Positions 37,560-51,828 of a stretch of 64,000 nucleotides of DNA are shown here, one piece after another. The translations under genes were made by a program, and so were the position numbers. The stretch spans positions 363,816,001-363,880,000 of the forward strand of contig OZ024743.1 of NCBI GenBank assembly GCA_964016885.1, in the 5' to 3' direction. Below the pieces are notes generated by a model. It was not told the origin of the DNA. It was given only the letters and a program-made list of their open reading frames with translations, and searched no databases. This DNA comes from Eledone cirrhosa. Lineage: Eukaryota. Each line of letters starts with the position of its first letter. Within the stretch, counting starts at the first letter, position 1.

Positions 37560-38520
37560 ACCTCGTCCTGACTTCCTTACCCACCAATACTTCCCACTTT
37601 ATCCTGTAGGTCGACCTGGACCTGTCAGTTGTGTGGCTGCTTTGGTTTTAAGTAGTCTCAAGTTGCAGATAACTAGATGGTGATTAATTGACAGCTCAGC
37701 CTTCTCTTAACACGAACATCCAGCACAGAATCAAGGAGATGAGAGACAATAACAAAATCCCTTATTGATCTCTGTCCCTGATTCCTCTATTAATATATAT
37801 TTTTATGGATGTCTCTGTGCTGGAAGAAGGTGTTCCTAGTAGAGAATCCATTGCTAGAACAGAAGTCTAGTCGGGTTTCTCCATTCGTATTAGATCGAGC
37901 TCGCCATTCCTTCCAATCACTCCTTACATGTCCACTGAAGTCTCCCATCAGGATATATGACTCAGTCTTGACTACATCTAACGCTGCGGTGACTTCATCA
38001 AGGAAGGACTTGTATTCAAACTCCTTGTTTAGTTCATAAACTTGCACCACCCACAGCCTAATCTTCAAGAGGTAAATCCTCCCTCCTAACGCTATCCAGT
38101 TCATAACACATTCTGACAGCCGAGGCATGTGAGTATCCCCACACCTGCCTGTGCAGCCATTTCGGCGCCACACCTGAATAGTGGAGTTTCCATCCTCCAT
38201 CCAAATCTACAGTACTAGAGCCACGGAACTTTGTTGAGTAAACCCCGACTATAACTAGTCCGTAGCACCTAGCCTCCTCCACTAGTTTCTGTTCCTTACC
38301 TGAAAGAGTTGTGATGTTCCACGTTCCAACTGTCAAGGTTTACTCCCTTCCGGACTCTCTTTTGGGTCTCACAATACTCAACCTTTGTGTGTCCATCCCA
38401 CGCCTCCCAGGAGAGGTCGCAGGCCCATCACCATTTTTGCCGCATGAAATGGAGACTGCAATATATTTTTCAAACAGGCCCCTCTACCTACAGCCTGGAC
38501 ATGTCCCTTGTTAACCTGCG
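37560..38520 (-). mobile_element. RTE/Expander-like LINE 5' part (5' UTR and APE endonuclease)
   Basis: VGTWNITTLSGKE...; VQVY..; ILMGDFSGHV; NTFFQHRDIHK. Confidence 0.85.
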
Positions 38521-38599
38521 CGATGGACGGTGTGGTATAGTTTATCTTTGTTTTCTTCATCATATTGCATTCAAAGGGGAAGAGTTTTCGGCATGGTGG

Positions 38600-41035
38600 A
38601 GGTGTAATTTAACACCGAAGAAGAAGCAAAATCTCACTCTCTCAAGCTCCTACAAAGTGATGAAATTCTACTATCCCATTCTACTGCGGAATGAAATTAG
38701 TAAGAATAAACATCAATCAAATACCACCGGAAATAGACATATCTTGGCTATTAGCCGCCCTCACGATAAACATTAAGGAGAACACAAAAATCATTGATGT
38801 TTACAAAATAAGTAAGGACAAGTGATTGGGGATGGCAGTGGAAATATTACTACAAACCACACAAAATAATGTAGACGCCATTCCCGAACACCTACACCTT
38901 TCAGGCGGTATCATATTACCAATAAGAGTCGAAGGGAGAAAAGCTAGATGTCATATCTGTCTCTCCACAAAACACCTGAGAGCATTCTGCCCTTCACTCA
39001 AAATCAACGTAAAGAAACCTCCGCTCCTACAAACACCAAAAACCACCACCACCACCACCACAACAACAACAACAACAACAATAACAACTAGGATACAAAC
39101 ACCAAAGAAGACAACAGCAACGCGAAGTCCAGCGCAGAAAAAACTGACACCACCAACACCCATTGAGGCGATGCCTCTCCCCGACGGTACACATGGCGAC
39201 GAGTGGCAAACAGTCTGTTCTCCCAAAAATATTCAAAAAAAATGACAAATCCTCCGTCTTCGCTCTCAAAAAAAAGAAGGCTAAAGAGCAAAAAATAAAT
39301 AAATAAAAGCCGAAAGGCAAAGAAACACGCAAAAAACTCCCCATCCCCATCACGACCACCACCACAAACACCCATCCAACCAATCCCATTAACATCAACA
39401 CCACAACAATCTCCCCCCACTCAAACAATATCTTAAGCAAAACTTAACCTACACCCGCAACAACAAAAAGATACAAACATTACGCACTACACAGCAATTG
39501 ACTCTAACAATATAAAACTTTTACATTACTTACAATACAACACAATCACACAAAACGATTTTACAAAACCAGGAAAACTAGCAATACCCTCAAACATACA
39601 AATAATAAAAATAACCCAGAAAACATACACACATTTAAAAACAAAATTGCCAAATTCAATTGTAAATTTCAGGGGAACAATCTCCAAAGGAATCTACACA
39701 GACATTTCGGCTCTTTCGCCAAAGAAAACGCCGTAGGGTGCAACTACTGTCCTTCCTCCCCAAAATCTAAGATAAGTGCCCTTTCCCTCTTCTCCGCCTC
39801 TATATCAATCATGGCCTCACTCAAAATAGGCAGTGTGAATGCACGTGGCTTGGGGTCGTCTTGGAAGCATGGCTACCTGCTCATCGACCTCAGGTCACTG
39901 GACATAGATGTGGTGGCCATTAGCAAGACCAGAGTTTTCGGCGCACGAACCTTCGCTCCCATTTTCGATGGCTACGAGGTGTACGCATCTCCGAGACGTC
40001 CAGGATCTGGAGGCGGAGTTGCCGTGTTGTTCCGGAAAGGCCTGGATCTCGCAATACGGACCATCTTCCTGGACCCACAGGGTAAATTGGTGGTACTGAA
40101 CCTGACCAGCGGAAAAGGACATGACTTCAGGCTAGTGGCCGTCTATGTTCCGACAAGGACAGGACGAACTGATTTTTTCCGACATATGGAAACCTTTCTG
40201 TGAACGTCTTGCACTTTAGTGCTTGTGGGCGACTGGAACTGTATCCTAGATGTGCGCTGGGATTATATTGGACCAGCGGAAAGGAGAAGAGGGTGTACAA
40301 GCCTCGCAAACCTACTCAGACGCTCCCAACTGTCTGATAGGTACCGACTGAATTTTCTGAATGCGCCAATGTGGACATAGATAAACCGCATCAAGTCATC
40401 CAGATCGTATCTACAAAGTTTATTCTGAAGGGAAATAGACAGGGATAGCATAGACTGTCCACAATTCAATTTGAAATAGTCGAATACACAGGCCACAAAT
40501 TTGTGGTATGTGTAGTAGATCTAGATAGGCTCCATAGGCAAGGACCTGGTTACTGGAAGCTGAATGCCTCATTCCCAAGGCGCAAAGCCTACATAGATCA
40601 GATTAGTGAATTAGTTAAGCGGGCATTGACGGGGAAAATCATCAACAAGTGATATGACGCTCTGAAAAAGGCGATTAGAGTAGAATATATAAAGTTTAGC
40701 AAAGCCGTGGCAATTGAGAAAACTAGAGTAGGGGAGGGATACTAGTTAACAACTAGGAGAAGCAATTACCAAAGGTATCGCAACCGACGTTTTTGCGGCG
40801 AGATTGGTCCTGGACCAATTCTTCAACGGTAAGCACAAAGGCTACGTGGTCAGAGCTAAGGTGTGTGCTCTTAGACACGAGGGGACGAAAGAGGTTCAAT
40901 GGGCCTGAATGGCGGAGGCGAGGCTTGGCAACAAAGCCACAATGTGATATTTGGGACACCACGATGGGCGCATGATACTCGATCCCAAGCAGATGTGTGC
41001 GGCTTTTCAGGAGCATTTTGCCCGACTGTTCGGGA
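38600..41035 (+). mobile_element. L1/Tx1-clade LINE: ORF1 with zinc knuckle and ORF2 endonuclease, 3'-truncated
   Basis: CHICLSTKHLRAFC (CCHC); MASLKIGSVNARGL...VAVYVP..GDWNC..GPGYWKLNAS. Confidence 0.8.
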
Positions 41036-41110
41036 GAAAAAGGATTAACTCCTATAAATCCTTTCTGAAACTATATAACTGTTATCTTGAATACATTTAA
41101 TTTTTTCCAG

Positions 41111-41129
41111 TACAAAGCACTTTTTAAAG
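41111..41129 (+). CDS. Putative 19-nt micro-exon, (C)TKHFLK
   Basis: ttttttccag|TACAAAGCACTTTTTAAAG|gtaccg; phase 2-0 fits after the TM exon. Confidence 0.35.
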
Positions 41130-41389
41130 GTACCGTGGTGTGATATGTCATATCTATAGTACACTGCATTCACGTTGGCATAATGTAGAAAGGTTTCTAG
41201 TTCTATGTTACCCTACGTGTATTTTTATATAACAATATATAGAATATTAAGTCATGTAAAAGCATATATAATGGTATTGATAAATATAATATAAAAAGTG
41301 ACATTCTGTGGCATAAGACAACATACACAATGGAATATTATATAATTGGATACTGGTATACTGTAATATACTGAATAACTTTCCCATGA

Positions 41390-41880
41390 AGAGAGAAATG
41401 TAACTAAAACTGAAGGGAAAGATGTATGTTGCATGTGTGAGAATTGAAATGATTTATGGGAGTGAGACATGGATGCTGAACATGGAGCGACAGAGAAGGC
41501 TCGAAAGAACAGAAATGAGAGTGGTCAGGTGAATATATGGAGTATCCCTAAGAGAGAGGAAGACAAACATTGAATTGCAGAGGATGATGGGAATAGAACG
41601 AGTGATGAAATTTGTGAAGAGAAGTGGAACGAGATGGCTGGGTTGTGCGTTGATGAAGGGTAAAAGTGACTGTGTGAGAGGAATAATGGAAATGAATGTG
41701 GAATGAATTAGAGGGATGGGGAAGACAAAAAAGACATGGCTTAAAATAACGGAGGAGAAAATGAAAGTGAGCGATTTGGTGAGAGGGATGCAAAGGACAA
41801 GGCAAAGTGGAGAAACTTGTCATGGGGCCCTCAAAGCTAACCTTTGTTTTAGCAGGGAAATTACCTTGGAAACCTGTTGT
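41390..41880 (+). mobile_element. RTE-like LINE 3' end
   Basis: YGSETW...RLERTEMR...RWLG...GKTKKTW. Confidence 0.7.
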
Positions 41881-41969
41881 TGTTATACACTTGTATACTA
41901 CATTATACTACAATATACCGACTAGTATGGTCAGTTTCTCTAAAAGATATACCCTTTTTTTAATTACAG

Positions 41970-41999
41970 AGGATGACTGGAGAATCAAAGACAGATTAA
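41970..41999 (+). CDS. Putative last coding exon RMTGESKTD*; a phase-1 reading would instead run to 42151
   Basis: ttttttttaattacag| acceptor; unique downstream sequence with tandem AATAAA at about 42188-42199. Confidence 0.4.
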   Translation, partial: RMTGESKTD

Positions 42000-42349
42000 T
42001 AACTGAATCTAGGAGCATTATTAACATGCCACCTGTTCGGGAGCACTGTTTATCTGACCAGGATCAGCTGACAGCATGCAAGCCATATGAGGATTGCCGT
42101 TCTGGATGTCAAAGATCTCTCAACTCCTCTGTGTTATCTCTGCCGAAGTAACCGGTGTGTCATTACTAAATGCTGGCGTTTTTACAAAATAAAAATAAAA
42201 TCTGTATGATAATTGTTGTGAAGTGTGTTTTGTTGAATCTAGATAAAAATTATCTTAAAATTAATTCGTTGCTGGGGGCTTCAATTCTAAATTGTTTATG
42301 TGGTGGTTAGTTTCGGGTGTAGATGTTTATTTTTTTATGTTTTGATTAT

Positions 42350-42685
42350 ACTGTGGGTCGTGCAAGTTTATGCGCCAAGCAAGGAATCCGAATACAGGCC
42401 CTTCCTTGATGAAGTCACTGCAGCGTTAAATTTAGTTAAGACTGAGTCATATATCCTGATGGGTGACTTTAATGGACATGTTGGCACTGCACACCTGACA
42501 TGGAAAGGAGTGATTGGAAGGAATGGCGACTCCGATCTAAATACGAATGACGAGGTCTTACTAGATTTCTGTTTTGGCAATGGATTCTCTATTAGGAACA
42601 CCTTCTTCCAACACAGAGACATCCATAAATATATATATATGGAATCAGAGACAGAGTTCAATAATTGATTTTGTTATTGTCTCTG
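42350..42685 (+). mobile_element. RTE/Expander endonuclease fragment
   Basis: VQVYAP...MGDFNGHVG...NTFFQHRDIHKY. Confidence 0.8.
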
Positions 42686-43597
42686 AGGAATAAGTGGGCG
42701 AAAAAGAAGAGAAGATAATACCGTTTAGTTAGGAAGTGAAGGGCAATGTCCAAATCCCTTTTAGGGGGCCTTCAGGGCTGATTAGTAAGAGAAAGAGAAA
42801 CAAAGATAAAACCAGAGAACTATTCCGAATTCTTGCGACATAGTGGACTCCGCTAAAATCACACAAAGCGAAGCGCTGGTGTTATAACGAGCGACTAATT
42901 AAGTTTATCACTCTAGAAAGGTAATGACTTGTATTGGAAAAATGTTTTGAGTATTGGTGACGTGGAAGAATGATTCGGTTATTCATGGGGTAAGTAATGT
43001 TGGCAATGTTTATTGAGTGGGTAATATATATAACGTTAATGTGGTAACGAATGCCCAAGATATCGACTGACCGATTATTTGAGTTGTCATGTAAGCCAAC
43101 AAAATAGCACCATATATTAGCACTACCATCTAGCTGACCATATCGAATAGATCACCCTCCTTGTGGCACCTATTTCTATCTGCAGTGGATCTCAATAATT
43201 ATGTCTAAATATATTTGCATGTATAAACAAATAAACGATCACTTTACGAACGGTTGAGTTCATTTGAATTTTGAAAGTATGCTAATTTATTGCACTGCTG
43301 CTAAACTCAGATTTGGTTTTTAACACTCGAAAAAGGAGACCATTTAACCACCTAGGGATAAGTAAAATGGACTGAGTCGCCTGTGGAAATTGAAACATCG
43401 ACTGTATGGCAGAAGGCTAGGGGTTCATAAGCTCAGCTTGTTCAACTATTTAACTTGCGTTGTAGCATCTTACAATAAGGTAACATAACTTCAATATGTG
43501 TGTGAGTGCGTCTGAGAGTGTATATGTGAGAGAGAAAGAGAGAAAAAGTGTGTATATACATACATACATCGTTACATACATACACACATACATACAT

Positions 43598-45038
43598 ATC
43601 CGAGCAATTGATGTTAGAGCTCGAAAAATACTGGACGATAGACGAAATCCGAGCAATTGATATTAGAACTCGAAAAATACTAAACAACACCGGAAACTTC
43701 CACATCAACAGTGACATAGACCGCCTTTACTTGAAACGTAAGTAGGGAGGCAGAGGCCTAACATCAGTTCAGACAGCATTTGAATGTCGCATCATATCCC
43801 TCCGACAACATCTGCGAACCTCGAAGCGTAGGAGACCGTCTCTCGAGCAAGTCTATCAGCATGAAACAGATAAGATCATGAGAGTTGGGAAGGAACTCCT
43901 CGAAAGATATTCCCTGTGTGATAATCAAAATCTCACACCCAGGGAAGTCGCTCAGCAGTATCGCAGTGAATCCATGGATGAAAATCTGCATGCTTATCAG
44001 CAAAAAATCATGCATGGATATGTTGCCAGGAAGCTCCAGAGTGAGAGTAATATAGATAAGGAAAGTAGTCTATCTTGGACCAACAACCGCTATATTGGCT
44101 CCCACTTTGACGGATACGCCTTTGCAATCCAAGAACAGGAAATCAACACGAAATACCTGATTCACAAAAGAGATAAGGATGCAGGCAAAACACCTAGATG
44201 TGATAACAAGTGCAGACTCTGCAGAACTAATATCGAGGATATCACCCATGTCATAAGCACCTGCCCAAAGATGTCATCGCGGTAGTATCTACCTATGAGG
44301 CATGATATAGTGGCTAAAACACTGTACAATGCAATCCGTAGAAAAGATAGTCCCGATAATAAACACATTAAAAGCTACAGCAATGTGGAAGACATCCATG
44401 TACATAATATGAAAGAGTACTGGTGGAATGTTCCAGTAAAAACCTCCAATGAAATGCAGGCATAACAGACCAGATATTATGATATGGGACAGGGAGAAGA
44501 AAACATGCACAGTAGTGGAAGTTAGCTGCCCGGCAGATGCCAATATAATATCAAATATTAGCGAAAAGGAGAATATTTATGCAGAACTGATGAGAAATCT
44601 GCAGATACTCCACCCTGATTACACCTTCAGATTTATGCCTGTGATTGTTGGGAGACTGGGGTATGTTAGTAACAGCCTCAATACAAACCTTGAGAAGCTA
44701 GGCTTCACAGGAACAGAAAGAACACAACTAGTTAGGAAATTACAAGTACAATCCATTAATGGAACAGTAAAAATATGTAAAACATTCCAAAAGTGTTGCA
44801 TCTAATAACTGCATATACACATGTACAGATACAAAGAATATACACATGCACACATACAACTCAAAACATCCACACATACAATAACATCCATACCTACACA
44901 CACATGCATGCAGACATGCATACATAGCTACCTAGTTGATGATGTGTAAATTGCAATGAAAGAGTCTTGTAACTATGTTAGAAACCGACTCTCTCTCTAT
45001 TGGTAAAAGTTTGTGAAATTATAAAACCAGAAGAACAT
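43598..45038 (+). mobile_element. R4/Dong-like RLE LINE, family A, 5'-truncated, in (TACA)n
   Basis: DIDRLY..GGRGL; AIQEQ; CRLC..EDITHVISTC; RHD; RPDIM..VEVSCP; flanked by (TACA)n on both sides. Confidence 0.85.
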
Positions 45039-45069
45039 AAATACATACATACATACATACATACATACA

Positions 45070-45098
<29 letters not shown>

Positions 45099-45101
<3 letters not shown>

Positions 45102-47178
45102 ACCTGTTCTTACAGGATCACTGTGCTACCAACAACATCATAACACCTGAGCAAGCTGGTGGAAAGAGGGAGGTGTGGGGTTGCATAGATCACCTACTAA
45201 CTAACAAAATGATTCAGGAAAAAACAACAAAGAATCGCAGAAACATGACTGTCGTGTGGCTGGACTATCAAAAAGCATTTGATAGTGTACCTCATGGGTG
45301 GATTATTAAGGCTTTACAGTTAGCTAAAGTCCCACAACCATTAGTAGCTGCTGTTGAACGCCTGACCAAGAACTGGTACACCAATTTGATCCTTAGAGGT
45401 GAGAAGGAGCAGGTTAAGACTGATAGGATACATTACCAGAAGGGCATCTTTCAGGGTGATAGCTTGTCAGTACTACTCTTCGTTCTCTCACTGAATCCAC
45501 TATCTTACCTACTCAGGAAACAAGGTGGACAAAGAAGTGGGCCCAGAAGTATCTCCCATCTTTTCTTTGTTGATGACCTGAAGTTGTATGGGCCAAATAT
45601 CAATGACATCAAGAAACAATTGGACCTCATTACACAATTTTCAACCGACATCAAAATGAAATTTGGTGAGTCCAAGTGTGCATATTTGGCAGTAAAACGT
45701 GGAAGAGCTGTGCCCTCCTCTAGAAATCTAGATATGAACGGCCTGACAATACAACCTCTGCAGTCAGGTGACAACTACAGATATCTTGGACAGGATGAGA
45801 ATGTCAGATATGATGGACCCATAAATAAGGAGAGAACCAGAACTGAATACCTCAGAAGAGTAAAAAAAATATGGTCATCAGAACTGTCAGCATACAACAA
45901 ATACATTGCCCACAATACCTATGCTGTGCCAATTATAACGCCAACATTTGGCCTACTGAACTGGTCATTGCAAGAACTAAGTGAGATGGATGTTAGAACT
46001 CGTAAACTTCTCAGTGTTACTGGGAACTTTAACATCAATGGTGATGTGGATAGGCTATACTTCTCACGCAAGGAAGGTGGCCGGGGTCTAAAATCAATAT
46101 TAACAACATATGAGACCCGGATAGTAACACTGAAGCAACACCTTCAACAGAGGGAAAAGGTTGGCGACCATCTTGCTCAGGTTTATGAGCATGAAAAAAG
46201 AAATATCATTAGAATAGCGACTGATCTGGAGGAGAGATATGGAATAAAGCCTGATATAAATCTCTCACCCAGAGAAATCGGAAGATCCTATTCAATGTTC
46301 AAACAAGAAAAAAAATTGACCAATTTACAGAGAAAGTTGTGCATGGATACTTGAGGCGTAAAACACAGACCATAGAGGGGATAAACCACTCAAAACGCCT
46401 GGCATGGAGTTCCGACAAGTTTATGACATCACACCTTGAGGGATATCTCTATGCAATACAGGAACAAGAACTCCCTACCAAATATCTGCTGCACAAAAGA
46501 GGAGGGCCAGCAGCTGACAATAAATGTAGGCTATGTAAAACAAAGATCGAGGATGTAAGCCACATTGTTGCCAGCTGCGAAAGAATGTCATCTCGCTACT
46601 ACCTCCCCATGAGACACGATGGGATAGCTAGAACTATCTGGAACGCACTTCGAAAAACAAAATTAACAACAAACGAGGAAGAATATATTGAGACAGATGG
46701 CACTAAGGAATACTGGTGGAACCTGAAAATAAAAACTGCCACCAAATTAAAGCACAACCGGCCTGATATTGTAGTTTGGGACCACACATTGAAAACGTGT
46801 TCTGTTGTGGAGATCAGCTGCCCACTTGATGTAAACGTTGTCAGAAAAATACAGGAGAAGGAGGACATCTACGGACCATTGATGAGGAGCTTACAAATCC
46901 AGTATCCAAGATACACCTTTAGCTTCATACCCATCATTATTGGTGCTACGGGTTATATACCAACCCGCTTGGACCAAAGTATGACCGAACTTGGATTTGC
47001 GGACAAAAAGCGCAGCTCCCTAATTCATAGTCTACAAATGGCTGCGATAGCTGGCACCTTCAAAATATGCAAAACATTCTTGCGATTCAAGGGATGACAA
47101 TTTCTTTTCTTTTACAACCTTGCCACCAGGAAGGTGGCCGGTCAAAAAAATATACTCGAAATTAAGAGAAAGAGAAAA
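45099..47178 (+). mobile_element. R4/Dong-like RLE LINE, family B: RT, CCHC and RLE with one frameshift near 46340
   Basis: WLDYQKAFDSVPH, GIFQGDSLS, FVDDLK, YRYLG; CRLC..HIVASC; RHD; RPDIV..EISCP. Confidence 0.9.
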
Positions 47179-47264
47179 CATACATACATACATACATACA
47201 TACATACATACATGATGGCTGCCCCCTCGTTATCGAGTATGGCCATTGCACGATATACCATTAT

Positions 47265-47457
47265 TAATAATTGTTTCTACTTTAGGCACAAGGCCAGCAA
47301 TTACCCAGTGTATTACTGGTACTTTATTTTATCGACCCCGTAAGGATGAAAGGCAAAGTCAACCTCGGCGGGATTTGAACTCAGGTCGTAAAGGGATGTA
47401 ACTATGCTGGAAAGCATGGCGTCCGACCCTCTACCGATACTGCCAATCCACCGCCCT
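47265..47457 (-). mobile_element. SINE S1, full copy
   Basis: Matches S1. Confidence 0.8.
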
Positions 47458-47929
47458 ATACCATTATTAATAATAATTAATTAATTCTATCGTGTAATGC
47501 TTGTGCGTGAATATATTTTTTAAAGTGAGGAAAGACTGTGCACTGAGCCAATCCCACTCTCTGAGCGACAGTAGCTATAACACGAACAGAAGAAAAGATC
47601 AACATCATCGGTAACTACTGAGCCGCAAGTTTTATATCGGAGTTACCCCAGTTTCCTGAGTTGCCTTCTCCTAGAAGTTTAACAGTGGTTTAACAGCGCG
47701 ATCGGGTGTCCAGCCCGACTATTTCTATGTCCCCGCGCATATACATACACATGCACCCATGCATATACACATGTACACAGACATGTACATGTGTATATAC
47801 ATATTTACACACTTTTGGATGGCCGTTGACCCCTATGAGTTCTTCCGGCCTTTTACGTACATACATACATACATACATACATACATACATACATACATAC
47901 ATACATACATACATACATACATACATAAA

Positions 47930-48690
47930 CCAATTCACAGATAACGTTGTGTATGAGTACCTGAGGTGAATAGCACAGACCATAGAGGGGATAAATCATT
48001 CAAAAAGCCTGGCATGGTGCTCCGACAAGTTTATGACATCCCGTCTTGAAGGATATCTCGATGCAACACAGCAAGAAGAAATCCCTACCAAATATCTACT
48101 ACACATAAGAGGAGGGCCATCAGTGGACAATAAATGTAAGCTATGTAAAATAAAGATGGAAAATGTTAACCACCTTATTGCCAACTGTAAAAGAATCTCG
48201 TCTCGTTACTACCTCCCTATGAGACACGATGTGATAGCTAGAACCGTCTGGAGCGCACTTAGTCAAACAAAATTAAAAACAAATGAGGAGGAATATGTTG
48301 AGATAGATAGAACTAAGGAATACTGCTGGAACTTGAAAATAAAAACTGTCACCCAATTAAAGTGCAACCGGCCTGATATTGTTGTTTGGAACCACACGTT
48401 GAAAATGTGCTCTGTTATAGAGATCAGCTGCCCATTTGATGTCAACATTGTAAGAAAAATACAAGAGAAGGAGGACATCTACGGACTCTTGACGAGGAGT
48501 TTTCAGATCCAGTATCCAAGATATAACTTTGGCTTCATATCCACTACTATTGGAGCTACAGGTTATGTACCAACCCGCTTGGATCAAAGTATGACTGAAT
48601 CAAATGACTTGGATCAAAGTATGACTGAACTTGGATTTGTGGACAACGAGCGCAACTCCCTAATTCATAGACTACAAATAGCCGCGATAT
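47930..48690 (+). mobile_element. R4/Dong-like family B, second truncated copy
   Basis: ORF 48033-48707 aligns to 46339-47097; starts after (TACA)n. Confidence 0.85.
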
Positions 48691-50475
48691 CTATGTCAAG
48701 AACATGAATGGATGAAGAAAAATCTTGACCTGGTTACAACATTCTCAAAGGATATAGGAATGGAGCTTGGCCAAGATAAATGTTCAGATATGATTGTAAA
48801 GCGGGGGAAAACGACAACCCAATCTAACATCTTTATCAATGGCCTAACTGTTTCACCGATATCGGACGAGGACTGCTACAGATACCTGGGGATATATGAG
48901 AATATATCCTATAATGGTATTTGTAATAAGGAACGCGCAACCAGGGAATATTACACCTGATTGAGAAAAATATGTTCATCAAAACTCTCTGCACACTAAA
49001 AAGCAGTGGCTCACAATGTGTTTGCTGTGCCTGTCCTAACACCAACGTTTGGAATAATCAATTGGACGATAGACGAAATCCGAGCAATTGATGCTAGAAC
49101 TCGAAAAATACTAAACAACACCGGAAAGTTCCACATCAACAGTGACATAGATCGCCTCTACTTGAAGGGTAAGCAGGGAGGCAGAGGCCTAACATCAGTC
49201 CAGACAGCATTTGAATGTCGCATCATATCCCTCCGACAAGATCTACGAACCTCCAAACGTAGGAGCCCATCTACTGAGCAGTCTTTCGGCATGAAACAGA
49301 TAAGATCATGAGAGGTGGGAAGGAACTCCTCGAGAGATATTCCCTGTGTGATAATCAAAAACTCACACCCAGGGAAGTCGCCCAGCAATAGCGAAGCGAA
49401 TCCACGAATGAAAAACTGCATGCTTATCAGCAAAAAGTCATGCATGGAAATGTTGCCAGGAAGCTCCAGGGTGAGAGTAATATAGATCAAGTAGTCAATC
49501 TTGGACCAACAACCGCTATATTGGCCCCCATTTTGAAGGATATGCTTTTGCAATCCAAAAACAGGAGATTAACACGAAATACCTGAATTCAGAAAAGAGA
49601 TAGGGATGTAGACAAAACACCTAGATGTGACAACAAATGCGAACTCTGCAGAATTAACATCGAAGATGTCACCCATGTCATAAGCAGCTGTCCAAAGAGG
49701 TCATCGTGGTACTATCTACCTATGAGGCATGATATAGTGGCCAGAGCACTGTACAATGCAATCCGTAGAAAAGATATCCACATTAAAAGTTACAGCAATG
49801 TGGAAGACATATACATACATAATATAAAAGAGTACTGGTGGAATGTTCCAGCCAAAACCCCGATAAAATGCAAACATAACAGACCAGATATGATGATATG
49901 GCACAGGGAAAAGAAGGCATGCACGGTAGGGAAAGTTAGCTGCCCAGCAGATGTCAATGTAATATTAAAGATTAGCGAAAAGGAGAATATTTATGCCGAA
50001 CTGATGAGAAATCTGCTGATACTCCACCCTGTCTAAACGTTCAGATTTATACTTGTGATTATTGGGGCACTGGGATATATTAGTAACTGCCTCAATACAA
50101 ATCTTGAGAAGCTGGGCTTCACAGAAACAGAAAGAACACGACTAGTTAGGAAATTACAAGTACAATCCATTAATGGAACAGTAAAATGATGTCAAACATT
50201 CCAAAAGTTCTGCAGCGAAAAACTGCATGTACACATGTACAGATACAAAGCATATGCACATGCACACATATAATTCAATATATACACATCCACACTTACA
50301 TTAACATCTATACCTACACACACATGCATGCAGACATGCAGACATATCTACCTAGCTGATGTTGTTTAAATTCTAATGAGAGACTCTTGTATGTATGTTA
50401 AAACCGACTTTCTCTCTCTATTGGTAAAACTTATAAAACCAGAAGAATATACATAATTATAAAACCAGAAGAATA
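48691..50475 (+). mobile_element. R4/Dong-like family A, second degraded copy, followed by (TACA)n
   Basis: 49060-50450 is collinear with 43632-45038; a further 3' tip lies at about 51102-51155. Confidence 0.85.
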
Positions 50476-51284
50476 TACATACATACATACATACATACAT
50501 ACAAACATACATACATACATTGATACATACATACATACATACATACATACATACATACATACATACATACATACATACATACATACATACATACATACAA
50601 ACATACATACATACATACATGATGGCTGCATCTCGGGTAATGCCATCGATTAATACTTAAGCATGAGCATCACGCCTATGGCCAGCAACGCCATGCTTCG
50701 CAAAAAGACGTCACATATCAAATGATGTCTGTGTTTGAAACTTTTTTAAGAGAGGAAAGGCTTTGCAATGGGCCAATCCCACTCTCTGAATATTGAATGC
50801 ATTTACCCAAAAAGAAGAACTGTTCTATATCATTGGATGAAACGAAGTCGCAGGTTTTATATCAGAGTGACCTTCTCCTAGAGAGATGTCTTAATGAAGA
50901 CTAAGAGTCTCTCGCTCCACAAAAAAATAGTTTATTGGATTGCCGTTGACTCTCTTGAGTTCTTCCGCCCTTTGGTGCGTTTTGTTTCTTTTTCCCTCGT
51001 GGTGTTCAAAATCAAGTTTGGTAGGGTTGCAGGTTTTGTGGCCGATGACCCGACCATACACAGGTTGTACTGGATTGTACATACATACATACATACATAC
51101 ATTAGAAACCGACTCTCTCTCTAAAACCTTGTGAAATTATAAAACCAGAAGAACTTACATACATACATATGCAAGTTACATATCGGCATAGCCACACATC
51201 TCTCCATCTCTCTTAACTTTTGAAAATGATGAACTTGGAAAAGATATTGTAAATAAACCTTCTTAAAGAATCCAGTTTCCTGCT

Positions 51285-51365
<81 letters not shown>

Positions 51366-51368
<3 letters not shown>

Positions 51369-51567
51369 AGAATATTTTCGAAACAGCGAGTGGGTTTGAA
51401 ATTATTAGAAATGTAAGCTATCGCCGTATTTTGACTAAAGAAATTAAAGAAATTATTTAGCCCACTATCAGGCTAAATAATTTCTTTAATTTCTTTAGTC
51501 AAAATACGGCGATAGCTTACATTTCTAATAATTTCAAACCCACTCGCTGTTTCGAAAATATTCTTAC
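51366..51567. repeat. Perfect inverted repeat, 97-bp arms, 8-bp spacer
   Basis: Arms 51366-51462 and 51471-51567; 51461-51506 is also repeated directly at about 51727-51773; bounded by (TA)n. Confidence 0.95.
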
Positions 51568-51773
51568 TTGACATTACAGTCGCTAAGTTTATAGCTTCTA
51601 ATTTGAATGGAAAAAGACGGGTGAAGTGTTGGTGTAAATGGAAGCACAATAGTCCGGATAACCAAAAATGTGGGTTCCCATGTACGTCAGTACTCATCTT
51701 TTTCCATTTCTCCGAGGGTTCTTAACCCCACTATCAGGCTAAATAATTTCTTTAATTTCTTTAGTCAAAATAC

Positions 51774-51826
<53 letters not shown>

Positions 51827-51828
<2 letters not shown>

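Noticed and set aside
44930-44985. Hammerhead in the R4/Dong 3' UTR (TTGATGA...GAAA)
   Set aside because: Helix II register is off and the paralogous copy near 50355 does not keep the core
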